DNA of 64,000 bases, taken from Octopus sinensis. Its lineage: Eukaryota. Positions within the stretch are counted from its first letter, which is position 1. The number at the start of each line of letters is the position of its first letter. The notes beneath the pieces are model-generated. The model was not told the DNA's origin, searched no databases, and saw only the letters and a list, made by a program, of their open reading frames with translations. Both the position numbers and the translations under genes were made by a program. Positions 61,535-64,000 of this stretch are shown one piece after another. Location of the stretch: positions 40,486,001 to 40,550,000 of the forward strand of contig NC_043013.1 of NCBI RefSeq assembly GCF_006345805.1, read 5' to 3'.

Positions 61535-61888
61535 AGACGCAGGAGTGGCTGTGTGGTAAGTAGCTTGCTTACCAACCACATGGTTCCGGGTTCTTCTACT
61601 ATAGTCTTGGGCCGACCAAAGCCTTGTGAGTGGATTTGGTAGACGGAAACTGAAAGAAGCCCGTCATATATATGTACATATATATGTATGTGTATATGTT
61701 TGTGTGTCTGTTTGTCCCCTAATATCGCTTGACAACTGATGGTGGTGTGTTTATGTTCCCGTAACTTAGCGGTTCGGCAAAAGAGACCGATAGAATAAGT
61801 ACTAGGCTTCCAAAGAATAAGTTCTGCGGTCGATTTGCTCAACTAAAGGCGCTGCTCCAGCATAGCCAAAGTCAAAGAGAGAGAGAGA
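61535..61888 (+). mobile_element. SINE family A inserted antisense into the Dong RLE domain
   Basis: Splits the Dong reading IPIIVGA / MIKKYSDKY. Confidence 0.85.
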
Positions 61889-62577
61889 GGCGCCTACTAT
61901 GATAGGAATTGTTTCTGTTTTTAGATCTCACATTCTAGTTACCTCTATTTCCAGGTCTTTGTATTTTGAAAGTTTCTCCATTTCTTTTAGAGAAACGTTG
62001 TCATCTGCTGGTATTGATACATCAATTAGAAAGCATTTTTTTTCTTCATGATCTCTGACAACTATATTTGGCCTATTGGCCTTAATTTCTCTATCTGTGT
62101 GTATTGGCATATTCCAGAGTATGGTTGCTTTCTCGTTTTCTGTGACCTTTTCTGGTGTGTGCCTATACCATCATTTTTCTGTTATTCCATAGTGTTGGCA
62201 TAGCTTCCAGTGTATGTAGGTCCCAACTCTGTAGTGTCTGTGAATATATTCCTTCTTAGCCAGGACTGGGCAACCAGAGATAATATGATTTATTGTTTCT
62301 CCACATATTCTGCAGTTACTTGTTATATTTCTTTTCATTACATGTTTTTGGTAATTTCTAGTGGGGAGGCTTTGGTCTTGTGCTGCAATTAAAAATCCTT
62401 CAGTCTCTGCTTTGAGTCATGAGCTTCTCAACCATTGCTGGGATTTTTCTTTGTCTATTTCTTTTGCATTTAGTTTAGTCCAGTATTTGTCATGAAGGGG
62501 CATTTCTTGCCATCGTTTCTTCATGGTCCGTTGCTGTTCTAGTTTTAGCTTGGATTTCATTTGTTTTATAGCTTTTG

Positions 62578-62675
62578 TTTCTTCTTCTTCTTCTTCTTCT
62601 CTTCTTCTTCTTCTTCTTCTTCTTCTTCTTCTTCTTCTTCTTCTTCTTCTTCTTCTTCTCTTCTTCTTCTTCTTT
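62578..62675. repeat. (CTT)n, i.e. (GAA)n on the Dong sense strand, inside the Dong ORF
   Basis: Tract sits between ...ADKYKLPN and ETKAIKQMKSKLK of the Dong ORF. Confidence 0.9.
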
Positions 62676-64000
62676 TTCATATTTGTTTGGTAGTTTGTAT
62701 TTGTCAGCTTCCTTAAATATTGAAAACAGTTTTTTGTTTTGCTCGTGTTTTGTGGCTATTTGTATTAGGTTTCCTTGCCTTCCGTGGTTATTTTATAATA
62801 GTTTTCCAGCTGTATTAGGTCTCTACCACCTTTTATACGTTGTATATATATAGCCTTTCTATGTCAGATTTTGGGTGTTGCATCCTAGATCCTGACATTA
62901 TTTTTCTTGTTTTCCTGTCTATTTTGGTTAGTTCATTTAGTGTCCAATTAAGGATATTGTAGCTGTAACTTATAACTGGGACGGCTAAAGTGATTATACC
63001 TATTATCTTGTTTTTAGCATTGAGCTCTGTTTTCAGTATTGATCTAACTCGTCTATAGTATTCTTTCTTTATTTTCTCTTTCATTTGTGTGTGTTGTATC
63101 ATATCTAGTTCATTGACTCCTGAATATTTGTATGTCTGGCTTTGGTCTAATTCTCTTATTTCATTGGCTTTATCTAGTGTGATGTTACTACTCTTAACTA
63201 GTTTTCCTCTTTTCAGGGTTGCTTTGGCGCATTTTTCAAATCCAAATTTCATATTTATTTCTTTGGTAAATCCATGTACTATCTGTAGTAGTGTTTCCAG
63301 CTGTTTATCATTTATAGCTTATAGTTTTAGGTCATCCATACATAAAAGGTGGTTGATTGTTTTGCCGTAACATTTGTATCCGCATCCAGTTCTATTTAAC
63401 ATGTCAGATAAAGGTGTCAGTGCCAAGCAGAAAAGGAGTGGAGAGAGCGTGTCTTCCTGGAATATTCCTCTTCTAATGCGAATGGCTTTGGTTTTCACGA
63501 GTCCCTCTTTTGTTTGGAGCTGTAGCACTGTCTGCCATTTATTCATAGAGTGTCTTATATATTTTATAATTATTGATGCTACCTTGTTCATGGCTAGTGT
63601 TTCGAGGATCCATGTATAGGGAATGCTATCAAAAGCCTTTCGGTAGTCGATCCAGATAATACTTAGACCCTTCTTCTTTCTGCAGCTGTCTTCAGTTATG
63701 GTTTTATTGATCAGTAGTTGGTCTTTACAGCCAAATGAGCCCTTGCAGCATCCCTTCTGCTCTTCTGGAAACAAGTTGTTTTCTTCCAGATGCTTGCTCA
63801 ATCTCTGCGATATTATTGCAGTAAAGGCTTTGTAAATTGTAGGGAGACAGGTTATGTAGGTCTGTAGTTTTGTGGTTTTGCCATTTCAGTGGATTTGGGT
63901 ATTAGGATAGTTTTCCCTTTCGTGAGCCATTCAGGCAATATCTCTGGCTCTGCTAGTATGTCGTTAAAGTTTTCAGCCAGCTTTTGGTGTATTCCTGTCA

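Larger units (their letters stand above)
61309..64000 (-). mobile_element. Dong/R4-clade non-LTR retrotransposon, 3' portion (RT-CCHC-RLE), running off the window edge
   Basis: EQKGC..G..GCKDQLL, WIDYRKAFDSIP, RGIFQ.DTLSPLLFCLAL, HLL.MDDLKL (RT); NRPNIVV...CFLIDVSIP..K..KYKDL (RLE); C-terminal IQKIALLGSAH.LRK with stop at 61406-08; short 3' UTR then (AAT)n. Confidence 0.92.

Overview
AT-rich, microsatellite-dense eukaryotic DNA made up almost entirely of transposable-element relics. From recall, not a database search, the SINE and MITE families look like those of Octopus (coleoid cephalopod) genomes. I cannot support any intact host protein-coding gene: most track ORFs are microsatellite read-throughs or SINE artefacts. 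DNA-transposon material comprises several mariner relics, a piggyBac transposase relic with TTAA-flanked MITEs, hAT-like and Tigger-like MITEs, a Chapaev3-like transposase relic and a Helitron cluster with a RepHel fragment. Retroelement material comprises a near-complete but decayed Tx1/L1 LINE, Dong/R4-clade LINE pieces, a 5'-truncated RTE-type LINE with a 10-bp TSD, Penelope-like and CR1/L2-like fragments and three abundant tRNA-derived SINE families. There is also a tRNA-Asp pseudogene and a U6 snRNA retrocopy. The four most interesting observations are: (1) a U6/SINE-tail chimeric retrocopy that split the TIR of a piggyBac-like MITE, with a 7-bp TSD and an inverted templated flank (30443-30626); (2) an internally deleted HERO-like retroelement whose N-terminal zinc-finger region is fused in frame to its extreme C-terminus (ORF 24912-25481); (3) a ~530-bp element with fixed ends lying in (AAT)n arrays in two copies; (4) a 39-bp-stem hairpin (37411-37508) and a 390-bp-arm foldback (33529-34472). 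Coordinates were read by eye, so edges of decayed elements are approximate.
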